A stretch of 64,000 bases of DNA from a bacterium (GTDB lineage Bacteria > Babelota > Babeliae > Babelales > Vermiphilaceae). How positions within the stretch are numbered: the first letter of the stretch is position 1; every line of letters starts with the position of its first letter. The stretch lies in contig JAJYDS010000001.1 in assembly GCA_021777215.1 (NCBI GenBank), forward strand, positions 41,622-105,621, read 5' to 3'. The notes beneath the pieces were generated by a model that ran no database searches, was not told where the DNA came from, and was given only the letters and a program-made list of their open reading frames with translations. A program made the translations under genes and the position numbers. This document shows, one piece after another, positions 47,079 through 57,109 of the stretch.

Positions 47079-47681
47079 ATGTTGCATGATCTGCCCTCGC
47101 TTGCGCAGTTGTTGCAGCGGTTACAGCAGGTGCCGTATCTTGCTTCTAAGAATATTTATCGTGTGGCAGAGCATTTTTTGCATATGGATGAGCGCGAAAT
47201 AGAGCATTTTTGTGCGCTGCTGTTGCAGGCCAAGAGTAAACTTGTTCGTTGCGATGTTTGCTTTTGCTGGCGCGAGAAGGATCGTTCTTGTTCGCTTTGT
47301 TCCTCGATAAAGCGTGATCAGCGGCTTGTTTGTGTCGTAGAAACTTGGCAAGAGTTGCTTGCAATAGAAAAGACAGGCGGTTATCAGGGAGTGTATCATG
47401 TGTTGGGAGGAGTAATTTGCCCGTTAGATGGTGTTGGCCCTGAGGATTTGACAATCAAGGCTTTGATAGGGCGGGTCGTCAATAAGGAGCTCAAGGAAGT
47501 TATTTTGGCGTTTAACCAGACGCCAGAAGGGGAGGCGACGGCTGCCTATATAGCTTCTCAATTAAAGCCATCTGGCGTTCTTGTATCATGTCTTGCTCGG
47601 GGTGTGCCGGTGGGGTCATCGCTTGAAAGTATTGATCGCGTGACAGTCTATAAGGCTTTGTGTGAGAGGCGTCCGTTTTAA
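47079..47681 (+). CDS. recR: recombination protein RecR
   Basis: 200 aa. Cys4 zinc finger (CDVCFCWREKDRSCSLC). Toprim (VCVVETWQELLAIEKTGGYQGVYHVLGG). C-terminal GVPVGSSLESID. Confidence 0.92.
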   Translation: MLHDLPSLAQLLQRLQQVPYLASKNIYRVAEHFLHMDEREIEHFCALLLQAKSKLVRCDVCFCWREKDRSCSLCSSIKRDQRLVCVVETWQELLAIEKTGGYQGVYHVLGGVICPLDGVGPEDLTIKALIGRVVNKELKEVILAFNQTPEGEATAAYIASQLKPSGVLVSCLARGVPVGSSLESIDRVTVYKALCERRPF

Positions 47682-47757
47682 ACTTCGGTATACCTTTTTG
47701 TAATTTTTCTGCGGATGCTTGACGTGAGGGGGGAATTTCGTTTAATGACGAGGTTCC

Positions 47758-49224
47758 ATGAATAATAGGTTAAAGAATAAAAAAATATGGCTATTACTGC
47801 TTATAATGGTGAAGGGGTTGTGCATGGAATCTTCTTTGTCGGCAAAAAAGGATTTTTCTATTTTTAAGGCTCGTCGAAAAGAATTAGTAGATCTTATTAA
47901 ACAAGAGCATGGTGCCGTTCAAGGGGCGGTTTTATTGTTTGCTGGGTTTGAGCGTCCTGCGGGTAATTCCTCCTTTGCCCAGGATAGTTCTTTTTTTTAT
48001 TTAACCGGTATTATGGAGCCGGGGCTTGCATTATTATTGAATTTTAATGGGCAGACGACCTTATTTGTGCCCCAATTTAACGCCAATCGTAGTCAATGGT
48101 TAAAAGAGTCTATCTCGCTATCGCATGTTCCTGAGCAATGGGGGGTTGATGTTATTAAACCGCTTGGGGATGCTTTTCCTGGTTATCAACTTTCTCCTGA
48201 TGCGACCGCAAGTATCTTTAAAAATATACACACAGAAGCAGCACAGATTGTAGAAAAACAGGGAAAAATATGTATGATCTGTCCCGGTAATTCTTGTTAT
48301 GCCTATGCATTTGGCGGACAGCATGTGGCGGTAACCTGTTTGCATCAAGCCATCCCTGGCTTGGCGCAGGCTATAGTAGATGTGCAGCCATTTTTAGCGC
48401 GTCAGCGGCAGATTAAAGATATGCATGAGATTGAGCAGCTCTATCGTGCTGTTGAAGTGACCTGTATGGCGCAAGAGGCTGCGGCTCAAGCAATTGCTGA
48501 TGGCATACTTGAATGTGAAGTGCAAGCAAGTCTCGAATATATTTTTACTGCTGCGGGAGCACGAGCAGCATTTGCGAGTGTTGTTGGGAGCGGTGAACAT
48601 AGTACGGTGTTGCATTATGCTACCAATGGTGCGAAAATGCATGCAGGTGATGTGGTAGTTGTTGATATTGGAGCGATGTATGAAGGGTATTGTGCCGATT
48701 TAACACGCACCTATCCAGTATCAGGAAAGTTTAGCAAGCGCCAAAAAGAGGTTTATGATGTGGTTCTTGCAACGCAAGAATATATTGCCAGTGTTGCAAA
48801 GCCCGGGTACTGGCTGAATAATCCAGAACAACCAGAAAAATCGCTCAATCACTTGGCTCAGAAATTTATCGCGCAAAAAGGATATGGAGAGTATGTGGTG
48901 CACGGTATAGGGCATTACTTGGGGCTTGATGTGCATGATGCTGGTGATTATTCTCAACCGCTCAAAGAAGGGATGGTGTTCACCATTGAGCCAGGAATCT
49001 ATATTCCAAAAGAGCTTCTAGGGATTCGGATTGAAGATGATTATTGGGTTGTGAAAGATGGTGTGGTTTGCTTGAGTGAACAACTGCCCAAAAAAACTGA
49101 AGAAATTGAAGCGTTTATGCGTGGGGAGTATCAGATGGACGAAGACGATGATTTTGATGAATGCGGCTGTGATGGTGCATGCGATTGTGCTTCCGAGTGC
49201 GATAGTGACTGTGGTGAGTGTTAA
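47758..49224 (+). CDS. pepP: Xaa-Pro aminopeptidase (M24B) with a signal-like N-terminus and a Cys/Asp-rich C-terminal tail
   Basis: M24 core: VVVDIGAMYEGYCADLTRT, HGIGHYLGLDVHD, FTIEPGIY, GIRIEDD. N-terminus KKIWLLLLIMVKGLCMESSLSA. Tail DEDDDFDECGCDGACDCASECDSDCGEC. Confidence 0.85.
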   Translation: MNNRLKNKKIWLLLLIMVKGLCMESSLSAKKDFSIFKARRKELVDLIKQEHGAVQGAVLLFAGFERPAGNSSFAQDSSFFYLTGIMEPGLALLLNFNGQTTLFVPQFNANRSQWLKESISLSHVPEQWGVDVIKPLGDAFPGYQLSPDATASIFKNIHTEAAQIVEKQGKICMICPGNSCYAYAFGGQHVAVTCLHQAIPGLAQAIVDVQPFLARQRQIKDMHEIEQLYRAVEVTCMAQEAAAQAIADGILECEVQASLEYIFTAAGARAAFASVVGSGEHSTVLHYATNGAKMHAGDVVVVDIGAMYEGYCADLTRTYPVSGKFSKRQKEVYDVVLATQEYIASVAKPGYWLNNPEQPEKSLNHLAQKFIAQKGYGEYVVHGIGHYLGLDVHDAGDYSQPLKEGMVFTIEPGIYIPKELLGIRIEDDYWVVKDGVVCLSEQLPKKTEEIEAFMRGEYQMDEDDDFDECGCDGACDCASECDSDCGEC

Positions 49225-49252
49225 TAGAATAGTTATTTAAAGCGTGATTTGG

Positions 49253-49302
49253 TAATAAAGAGGCTAGAGCGGAGTAATTAATCTGCTATAGCCTCTTTAT
49301 TA
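49253..49302. terminator. bidirectional terminator hairpin between convergent genes
   Basis: TAATAAAGAGGCTA (49253-49266) is the exact reverse complement of TAGCCTCTTTATTA (49289-49302), giving a 14-bp stem. It is flanked by A/T-rich sequence on both sides. Confidence 0.6.
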
Positions 49303-49345
49303 TTCGTAAAGCACAATCGCGGAGTTTGTTCTGTTTTTGGTAATG

Positions 49346-49840
49346 TTAGTGTCCAAATTTGTAGATTGTATAAACGCTACCAACAAGTGCCGCTAGCCCA
49401 GCAGAACAACGCACGAGTCCTCGCTTGCGAATATCGGTGCGTATCTCTTCCAGCCGTTCTTTTGATACTGAATTGCTTTTACTTGGTACAGAGCTGAAAG
49501 TAATGTTTTGTGCTTGGTGTGGGTAGGAGGGATCGGTTAACATGTTTATGCCCGTATGAACCAACCTAATGCCAGTAATGGCGCCGATAACACCCAAAAA
49601 AGTAAAAAGACTCTGTTTTTCTATAGTTGGTAGCTGCAGCGCAATGGTCATTTTTGTAGGGATTTTTTCGACCACGGGTCCTATGCTTTTAATTGTTGTT
49701 TCGAATTTTTCAGGCAATTCATTTATTAATTGCCTGGTACTTTGTTCAATTCCTATTTCCATAGCGGTTGCTGCATGTATAGTACCGCAGACAAGAATGA
49801 ATGAAAAAATGAGATGTTGTTGTTTGGTATTTATTATCAT
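49346..49840 (-). CDS. hypothetical membrane protein
   Basis: 164 aa. N-terminal hydrophobic segment (LIFSFILVCGTIHAATA), a central TM (LFTFLGVIGAITGIRLV) and a C-terminal TM (CSAGLAALVGSVYTIY). No recognisable family. Confidence 0.5.
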   Translation of the reverse strand: MIINTKQQHLIFSFILVCGTIHAATAMEIGIEQSTRQLINELPEKFETTIKSIGPVVEKIPTKMTIALQLPTIEKQSLFTFLGVIGAITGIRLVHTGINMLTDPSYPHQAQNITFSSVPSKSNSVSKERLEEIRTDIRKRGLVRCSAGLAALVGSVYTIYKFGH

Positions 49841-49903
49841 AAAAAGCTCCGATAAAATTTTTACGTTAAGCGTAGCAGGTTGTTTTGTCGCGTCAATAAG
49901 TTT

Positions 49904-51529
49904 TTAATGGCGTTCTTGTAATTCGCTGCGTTTATGTGCCTGTTTTTGCAGTAAAAGGATGGCATAAATAATTACGATGCAGGTTAAGGCGCCAATACCC
50001 AAGCTGGCGCCTGCATTGAACCAGTAACCGGTTCCACGCAACAGTCCGGTTAAGAAGAACGCAATCGCTGATGCGATAATGGCGATCAGGGCATAGGGAA
50101 TTTGTGTTTTAGCATGTTCTGCAGGATCAACACCGGTGCTTGTTGAAACCATGATAGTAGTGTCAGAAATAGGGGAAATATGGTTGCCGCACACAGCTCC
50201 AGAGAAAATGGCGCCCAACACAGGTAATAGCAGGGGTAGGGCTTCGGGAGATGCAGGTATCGTGGCTCCGCTCAATGCTATGAGCATGGGAACTATGATG
50301 GGAATGAGGAGCATCATGGAGCCAAAGGCGGACCCGGTTATTGTGGCCAGAAAGAGGGCAACAACAAAAACAATGAGTGGTAGAAGAAAAAGAGGCAATG
50401 AACCAAGGAGCAAATCGGCCAAATAAGTTCCGGTTTGGAGGTTTATGCGTAAAATAGCTCCCAAAATTCCCGCTAGTGTGATTAAAATGATTGCCGAGTT
50501 CATGAGCTTGTAGCTACCAACAAAAAGTGATGGGAGCGATTTTTTTTCAACTTTTTTTCGTAGAGCAGCAAAAAGCCAACTTATTATTAAGCTTAAGGTG
50601 CCGGCTAGACACATAATAATAGAACGTTCGCGCTGTGTATTGTTTTTTATAGCATCAAGAAAACCTTGTGAGCCGCCAAACAAGAAATAATTTCCTGTCC
50701 ATAGACTACCCAAAATAATGATGCCGATCAAAAGTGACAATGGCAGTATCAAATCGGTTAAAGCTCCGGTATGTTTTTCTGTGTCAGCTGTTTCTGCCGG
50801 ATGGTTTATTTTGCCAAATAAATTGCCAGATGTTTGTGCGATTTGTTCGTACCGAGCCATGGGGCCGAATGCCAATTGTGTTTTAACCAACAGGGTAACA
50901 ACAAGAACTGTAAAAATACCGTAAAAAATAAATGGTATTGTTTGTACATACAGCAAGAAGGGATCGGAAACGATTTTGCACGTGGCGCCATGATCGGTGA
51001 TGCCTGATTGGTCAAGGGTGCTGGTCAGTGCGGTAACCCAACTTGAAATAGGCAATAACATGATCAACCCATCTGCCATAGCATGGACTAAAAAGGCAAG
51101 TTTTGCGCGGGAGATACGGACACGGTCAGTAATGGGACGCATGACGTAACCAACGGTCAACGTGCTTAAATAATCATCTATAGATAACAGAGCCGAAACG
51201 AGCATTGATGAATATTCGGTCGTTTTTTTGGATAGTTTTTTTTGTGCCAATCGATGGGCTAAGGCGTAAGCACCGCCTGTTTTTGCAATAAGAGTGATTA
51301 TTGCTCCCAAGATAAATAAGAACAGGTACAAATACAGCGTGTCTACATCTGTCAGAATGTCGTAGCTTCGCTCAAAAGTGAGATTTCCGGCGCTACTAAG
51401 AGAAAAATCAGCGGCTATTAGGGCGGCGGACAGAATGCCAATTATTAAAGAACGGTTTATATTTTTAGTGATAAAGATAGCAAGAATGACAATAATAGGA
51501 GGAACAAGAGAGACCCAGGAATTATGCAT
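49904..51529 (-). CDS. NhaC-type Na+/H+ antiporter family transporter
   Basis: 541 aa polytopic membrane protein. The N-terminus SLVPPIIVILAIFITKNINRSLIIGILSAALIA and later segments (GGAYALA, VSALLSIDDYLSTLTVG, ISPISDTTIM) resemble the NhaC family as I remember it. Confidence 0.6.
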   Translation of the reverse strand: MHNSWVSLVPPIIVILAIFITKNINRSLIIGILSAALIAADFSLSSAGNLTFERSYDILTDVDTLYLYLFLFILGAIITLIAKTGGAYALAHRLAQKKLSKKTTEYSSMLVSALLSIDDYLSTLTVGYVMRPITDRVRISRAKLAFLVHAMADGLIMLLPISSWVTALTSTLDQSGITDHGATCKIVSDPFLLYVQTIPFIFYGIFTVLVVTLLVKTQLAFGPMARYEQIAQTSGNLFGKINHPAETADTEKHTGALTDLILPLSLLIGIIILGSLWTGNYFLFGGSQGFLDAIKNNTQRERSIIMCLAGTLSLIISWLFAALRKKVEKKSLPSLFVGSYKLMNSAIILITLAGILGAILRINLQTGTYLADLLLGSLPLFLLPLIVFVVALFLATITGSAFGSMMLLIPIIVPMLIALSGATIPASPEALPLLLPVLGAIFSGAVCGNHISPISDTTIMVSTSTGVDPAEHAKTQIPYALIAIIASAIAFFLTGLLRGTGYWFNAGASLGIGALTCIVIIYAILLLQKQAHKRSELQERH

Positions 51530-51726
51530 AAAAATCCTATTTTTTAGTTTGTTTTAGTCCAGTATACTGTTCTTTGGGGCTGTTAATCCAGTTTTAGCTT
51601 ATATTTGTGGGTCAAATTTATGCTTAAAATTTGACCAATGGGGCTCTTTAGGCTACAGTAAATAACGATCCCGTTCGATCAAAAAATCCCAATTAGAAGC
51701 TTTTGGAACCAAAAGAGGTCTTGATC

Positions 51727-52158
51727 ATGGACATGAATAAAGCATTTTTTCTCAAAAAAGAAGAGCAACAACCGCAATGGTGGCTCATTGATGCCGAAGG
51801 CCAAGTGCTAGGTCGTCTTGCCACTCGTATAGCTGATGTTTTGCGTGGCAGACATAAGGCCGCATATACACCGCACTCTGATGCTGGTGATTACATTGTT
51901 GTCATTAATGCCGAGAAAATAGTTCTCACGGGCAACAAACTAGAAGATAAAATATATGACCGTTATACCGGTTGGATGGGCGGTTATAAAGTGACGACTG
52001 CAAAGGAAATGTTGCAAAAATTTCCAGAAAGAGTCATTGAGCATGCAGTAAAGGGAATGTTGCCTAAGAACAAGCTGAGTGATCAAATGATTAAGAAGTT
52101 GAAAGTCTACGCGGGCACAAATCATCCGCATGCAGCTCAAAACCCTCAACAAGCATAA
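51727..52158 (+). CDS. rplM: 50S ribosomal protein L13
   Basis: [68 protein letters not shown] prefer the ATG at 51727, preceded by AAAAGAGG, over the TTG at 51703. Confidence 0.93.
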   Translation: MDMNKAFFLKKEEQQPQWWLIDAEGQVLGRLATRIADVLRGRHKAAYTPHSDAGDYIVVINAEKIVLTGNKLEDKIYDRYTGWMGGYKVTTAKEMLQKFPERVIEHAVKGMLPKNKLSDQMIKKLKVYAGTNHPHAAQNPQQA

Positions 52159-52183
52159 GCCTATAACGCGTTTTAAAAGATAT

Positions 52184-52216
52184 AATCCCGTTACTCATTG
52201 AGTAGCGGGATTTTTT
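52184..52216 (+). terminator. rho-independent terminator after rplM
   Basis: AATCCCGTTACTC (52184-52196) pairs with GAGTAGCGGGATT (52200-52212): 13 bp with one G-U pair and a 3-nt loop. The T run TTTT follows at 52213-52216. Confidence 0.75.
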
Positions 52217-52354
52217 ATGGCTATTTTTGGAGGAGGATATTTGGGTGTACCTGCTATGAGATGAATGTACGTGCTTTGGGGTGTGAATCGTATGACGATA
52301 GACACCCCAGTTTTTTAAAGTTCGTCTCTGACGATCGAACAAATGCGATTTTTT

Positions 52355-53593
52355 TTAGAATTTAAACCAGTGTGCTATTTTACTGAAAAAGTCGCCGAGC
52401 ACATGGAATGAACGGGATAGAGAAGTGCCAGCTAACCGCATTATATCTTTGGCGCTCATGTATAGAGCAAGCAGGATAAATAAAATCCAGCAGGCCATGA
52501 AGATGAATTCTTTTATGCGCAGAGGTATTTCTCGTCGGATGATTGCTTCGATTGTCTGAAACAAAATTTGGCCACCATCTGTTATTGGTAAGGGTATCAA
52601 ATTCAAGATTGCCAGATTTATGCTGATGAGTGCCAAAATAGCCAAGAAAATACTAAAGCCCTGTCCGGCACCCTTAATTGTTGCTTCAAATATAGAAATC
52701 GGGCCTGAGACTTGATCGAGATTGTGGCCTTTTAAAAGACTTGCAAAAGCACCTGCTACATTGCGGATGACAATGATGGTAAGGCTGAGTGATCGCTTTA
52801 ATGATTCAAAAAATCCGTAGCCGGGAAGCTGGCCAGCCTGGAAGGTGATGCCTAAGATGCCTTGTGCATTGGGCGTTGCTACTATTTCCAATGTGTTTAA
52901 AGTAGCAGGGGTTTTTTTGGTGCTGTCACTGATTGTTGTCGGCAAGGAGGTATCGGTAGTTGCTTGTGGTTGAGTTGGCTCCTGACGTTCTATGCGCAGG
53001 GAAAGTGGGGTGTTGGCTGATGCGTGGAGTACCTGTGTGAGCTTTTGTACGTTTTGTTCTATGGCTATGCCATTGACTGCAATGATGGTGTCGCCGATTT
53101 GTAATCCAGCTTTTTGTGCGGGTGAATCTGGCTGTATACTTTGAATGACCGGTACTGAGTTTATTGGATAAAAGAGAGGGCTTTTTGGTATGCCAAGCAT
53201 AAAAATCAACCAAAAAGCGCCCAGGGCAAACAGCAGGTTAAAGCCGATGCCGCCAATTAGAATAAGGATTTTTTGGTAGTATGGTTTTTGTGAGAATGAT
53301 GTTTGTTCGGTGCTATGGGCTTCTTTTTGTTCTCCTTGTCCAACTTCGGCAAGTCCGGCAATTTCAACGTAGCCGCCAAGAGGGATGGCGGAGAGGGCGA
53401 ATTCGGTATCGCCAATTTTTTTGGTCACTAGTTTGGGGCCAAAGCCAACAGAAAAGGTGGGTGTTTTGACGTGAAAGAGCTTACAAAAGAAAAAGTGCCC
53501 AAACTCATGAACAACCACTAATAAGCCGAATCCTATGATGCCGGCAAGGCTTATAAAAAGTGTGTGGGGAAGGGCTAGAAGCAATTTAACCAT
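52355..53593 (-). CDS. rseP: RIP site-2 zinc metalloprotease RseP (M50)
   Basis: 412 aa. HEFGHF (HExxH) in the first TM. PDZ domain (PAQKAGLQIGDTIIAVNG). C-terminal NLIPLPITDGG motif. Confidence 0.9.
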   Translation of the reverse strand: MVKLLLALPHTLFISLAGIIGFGLLVVVHEFGHFFFCKLFHVKTPTFSVGFGPKLVTKKIGDTEFALSAIPLGGYVEIAGLAEVGQGEQKEAHSTEQTSFSQKPYYQKILILIGGIGFNLLFALGAFWLIFMLGIPKSPLFYPINSVPVIQSIQPDSPAQKAGLQIGDTIIAVNGIAIEQNVQKLTQVLHASANTPLSLRIERQEPTQPQATTDTSLPTTISDSTKKTPATLNTLEIVATPNAQGILGITFQAGQLPGYGFFESLKRSLSLTIIVIRNVAGAFASLLKGHNLDQVSGPISIFEATIKGAGQGFSIFLAILALISINLAILNLIPLPITDGGQILFQTIEAIIRREIPLRIKEFIFMACWILFILLALYMSAKDIMRLAGTSLSRSFHVLGDFFSKIAHWFKF

Positions 53594-53935
53594 ATCGGTA
53601 CTCCTTTGGTAATAAGCACTAGTGGCAATGGGCCCGCGGTTTATTCAGTGAATTCTGGCGAGAAAAACCATGTGCCAAAAATCGTTTTTTTGTTTGAGGG
53701 ACATATGATCTTCTTGTGTTGCCCCTGATCTCTGTTACAATAACATGTACTGTTGCTGGCGTCTACAGTTGCAGTAAAGCATTATTGCTTATGAATAAGT
53801 TTATATAAACCTCGTGTGGCGTTGAGTTCGTAAGATGCCCTTTGGTAAATAGGCGGCACGATCATGGTAGAAATTGCGGGTTGGTTCAGGAATAGTTTAT
53901 TGGTATGGGATGAGCGATTTAACCAGTAATATTTC

Positions 53936-53963
53936 TTGAAAATATTCGCAAAAAGGGTAAAAT
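53936..53963 (+). promoter_or_regulatory. candidate sigma70-type promoter of the str operon (TTGAAA-N16-TAAAAT)
   Basis: TTGAAA at 53936-53941, a 16-nt spacer, then TAAAAT at 53958-53963. It lies about 128 nt upstream of the rpsL ATG. Sequence match only. Confidence 0.35.
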
Positions 53964-54090
53964 AGTAATGAGTTTCGTCTGTTCTACTGTTTTTTTCTTT
54001 TGTCTTACTTAGAAATTATCGGTAGCCAGTACGGCTAAAAATAAATTAAACCAGAGTGTACACTCTCCTAATAGGTAGGGTTTTTGGGCG

Positions 54091-54462
54091 ATGCCTACAG
54101 TAAATCAATTGTCTCGAACCGGAAGAATAAGATTAAAGGTCAAGTCTCGTAGCGGTGCTCTTAAGGGCTCTCCGCAAGTGCGTGGTGTTTGTACGCGTGT
54201 GTTTACCACAACGCCGAAAAAGCCTAACTCAGCATTGCGTAAAGTTGCGCGTGTGAAGCTCTCTACGGGAATAGAAGTCACTGCATATATACCTGGCGAA
54301 GGCCATAATCTACAGGAACACTCTGTGGTTTTGGTTCGTGGAGGCCGGGTGCCTGATTTGCCTGGTGTTAAATATCATATTGTTCGAGGAACGCTTGATA
54401 CGGCTGGTGTTGAAAGTCGACGTCAAGGGCGTTCGTTGTATGGTGCAAAACGTCCAAAATAA
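54091..54462 (+). CDS. rpsL: 30S ribosomal protein S12
   Basis: [59 protein letters not shown]. Confidence 0.97.
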   Translation: MPTVNQLSRTGRIRLKVKSRSGALKGSPQVRGVCTRVFTTTPKKPNSALRKVARVKLSTGIEVTAYIPGEGHNLQEHSVVLVRGGRVPDLPGVKYHIVRGTLDTAGVESRRQGRSLYGAKRPK

Positions 54463-54483
54463 AGAGTATTAAAGGATTACAGT

Positions 54484-54987
54484 ATGCCTAGGCGCAAAAA
54501 GATTCTCAGTTTTAGACGCATAATTCTTCCAGATCCAGTGTATGGTGCTATTGATGAGCAGGCTGGTTTGACGGTGCAGCGCTTGATCAATGTTGTTATG
54601 TGGCGTGGCAAAAAAAATGCTGCTCGTACAATTGTGTACGAAGCGCTGGATGTGTTGGAAAAAAAGGCTAAAGGCGAAAAAGAAAAGGCTTTGCGTTTAT
54701 TCCAGGAAGCTATGGAAAATGTAATGCCGGTCATCGAAGTGCGTCCGCGCCGGGTTGGTGGTAGCGTGTATCAAATTCCAATGGAGGTAAACCCTGATCG
54801 TCGTCGTTCTTTGGCGATGCGCTGGTTAGTTGATGCGGCAAGTGATCGCTCTGATAAAACCATGGGCAAACGACTTGGTCAAGAGTTGATTGATGCTGCA
54901 GAGGGTAAGGGTGCAGCGGTAAAGAAAAAGGCAGATGTGCATCGAATGGCAGAGGCGAACCGTGCCTTCTCTCATTATGCATGGTAA
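54484..54987 (+). CDS. rpsG: 30S ribosomal protein S7
   Basis: MPRRKKI, PDPVYG, NVVMWRGKKNAA, VEVRPRRVGGSVYQIPMEV, ANRAFSHYAW. Confidence 0.96.
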   Translation: MPRRKKILSFRRIILPDPVYGAIDEQAGLTVQRLINVVMWRGKKNAARTIVYEALDVLEKKAKGEKEKALRLFQEAMENVMPVIEVRPRRVGGSVYQIPMEVNPDRRRSLAMRWLVDAASDRSDKTMGKRLGQELIDAAEGKGAAVKKKADVHRMAEANRAFSHYAW

Positions 54988-55001
54988 GGGGTGTTTGAGC
55001 G

Positions 55002-57068
55002 ATGAGTAAGTATCCGATTAGAAAATATAGAAATATAGGTATAGCGGCGCACATTGATGCGGGAAAAACGACCGTTTCTGAGCGCATTTTGTTTTATACT
55101 GGTATCTCGCATAAAATTGGCGAAGTTCATGAAGGCGAAGCGGTCATGGACTGGATGGAGCAAGAGCGCGAGCGCGGTATAACGATTACGTCGGCGGCGA
55201 CTACCTGCTTTTGGCAAGATCATCAAATTAATCTTATTGACACCCCGGGACACGTAGATTTTACCATTGAGGTCGGGCGTTCATTGCGCGTTCTTGATGG
55301 CATGGTCGGTGTTTTTTGTGGTGTTGCTGGTGTGCAGCCACAGTCAGAAACCGTTTGGCGGCAAGCTAACCGTTACAAAGTGCCGCGTATTATTTTTGTA
55401 AATAAGTTAGATCGTATTGGGGCGGATTACTTCAGGGTTGTTAACGATGTTAACACAAAGCTGAAGGCCAACGGTCTTGCTATGCAAATCCCTGTTGGCG
55501 CATCTGATGAATTTCGTGCTATTATTGACGTTTTGACAGGCAAGATGGCCACTTTTGAGGGAGAGCGCGGCGAGAATGTAGTTTGGTCAGATGCTCCAGC
55601 CGAATATAAAGATCAGATTGCAGAACTTCGTACGAAGATTGTTGAGGCGGCGGGTGATTTTGATGAAGCGCTTGCTGAAAAATATCTTAACGAAGAAGAA
55701 ATCACTATTCCTGAAATTAAGGCTGCCTTACGTAAAGGTGTTATTGAGCGAAAAGTAACGCCTATTTTTTGTGGCACTGCTTTTAAAAATAAGGGCGTTC
55801 AGCTGATGTTGGATGCGGTAGTTGATTATTTACCCTCTCCGGTGGATGTGCCGCCGATAAAGGGTATTGAAAAACGTACCGGTCAAGAAATTGAGGTTCA
55901 TTCGAGTACACAAGAGCCGTTGAGTGCATTGGTCTTTAAAATTATGACTGATCCTTATGTTGGTGTGCTCAACTTTATTCGTGTTTATTCCGGCGAATTG
56001 AAGGCGGGTTCCTATGTGTATAATGTACGCACGGGAAGTAAAGAGCGTGTGAGCCGTTTAATTAAGATGCATGCTAATAAACGAGAAGAAATAGATGAAA
56101 TGCATGCCGGTGATATTGGCGCAGTAGTTGGTGTCCGTGATGCTAATACCGGTGACAGTTTGTGTACAGAAGATCGTCTAGTTCTTCTTGAGTCTATTGA
56201 TATACCAACGCCTGTTATTTCTACGTCGGTTGAACCGAAGAATAAGGGCGACTATGAAAAGATGGGGCTTGCTCTGAGAAAAATGATGCAAGAGGATCCA
56301 TCTTTTAGATTTACATACAACGAAGAGACTGGGCAAACGGAAATTTCTGGTATGGGTGAATTGCACCTTGAGATTGTTGTTGACCGTTTGCGTCGTGAGC
56401 ATAAGGTTGATGTTGCCCAGGGTAAATTGCAGGTAGCTTATAAAGAGGCAATTCAAAAGAGTGCTGATGCCGAAGGAAAATACATCCGTCAGTCGGGTGG
56501 TCGTGGTCAATATGGACACGTTTGGATTAAGCTCGAGCCTCTTGAGCGTGGCAAAGGTTTTGAGATAGTTGACAAGATTGTCGGTGGTACTATTCCAAAA
56601 GAATATATTCCTGGCATTCAAAAAGGACTTGAAGAAGCAGTGAATAGTGGCGTCTTGGGTGGTTATCCCGTGGTAGATTTGCGGGCGACTATTTATGACG
56701 GTTCTTATCACGATGTCGACTCTTCTGAAATAGCTTTCAAGATTGCGGCAGCGATGGCATTTCGTGCCGGAATGGAGAAGGCTTCGCCAGTACTTCTTGA
56801 GCCTGTTATGAAGGTCGAAGTGGAAACACCCGAAGAGTATATGGGCGATGTTATGGGAGATTTGAATTCGCGTAGAGGTCGTATTCTGGGAATGGAAGCG
56901 CGCGTTGGTAACCAGATAATCACGGCGGAGGTTCCGCTTGGCGAAATGTTTGGCTATGTAACTGAGCTTCGTTCTATGAGTAAGGGACGTGCGAGTTCTA
57001 CCATGGAGTTTGAATGTTACCGTGAGGTACCTAAGAACGTCCAGGATGAGATTGTTAAGAAGAAATAG
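55002..57068 (+). CDS. fusA: elongation factor G
   Basis: 688 aa. [66 protein letters not shown]. Confidence 0.97.
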   Translation: MSKYPIRKYRNIGIAAHIDAGKTTVSERILFYTGISHKIGEVHEGEAVMDWMEQERERGITITSAATTCFWQDHQINLIDTPGHVDFTIEVGRSLRVLDGMVGVFCGVAGVQPQSETVWRQANRYKVPRIIFVNKLDRIGADYFRVVNDVNTKLKANGLAMQIPVGASDEFRAIIDVLTGKMATFEGERGENVVWSDAPAEYKDQIAELRTKIVEAAGDFDEALAEKYLNEEEITIPEIKAALRKGVIERKVTPIFCGTAFKNKGVQLMLDAVVDYLPSPVDVPPIKGIEKRTGQEIEVHSSTQEPLSALVFKIMTDPYVGVLNFIRVYSGELKAGSYVYNVRTGSKERVSRLIKMHANKREEIDEMHAGDIGAVVGVRDANTGDSLCTEDRLVLLESIDIPTPVISTSVEPKNKGDYEKMGLALRKMMQEDPSFRFTYNEETGQTEISGMGELHLEIVVDRLRREHKVDVAQGKLQVAYKEAIQKSADAEGKYIRQSGGRGQYGHVWIKLEPLERGKGFEIVDKIVGGTIPKEYIPGIQKGLEEAVNSGVLGGYPVVDLRATIYDGSYHDVDSSEIAFKIAAAMAFRAGMEKASPVLLEPVMKVEVETPEEYMGDVMGDLNSRRGRILGMEARVGNQIITAEVPLGEMFGYVTELRSMSKGRASSTMEFECYREVPKNVQDEIVKKK

Positions 57069-57109
57069 GTATGGCTTTATAGCATGTATGTTTTTTAGGA
57101 GATTGCGCG

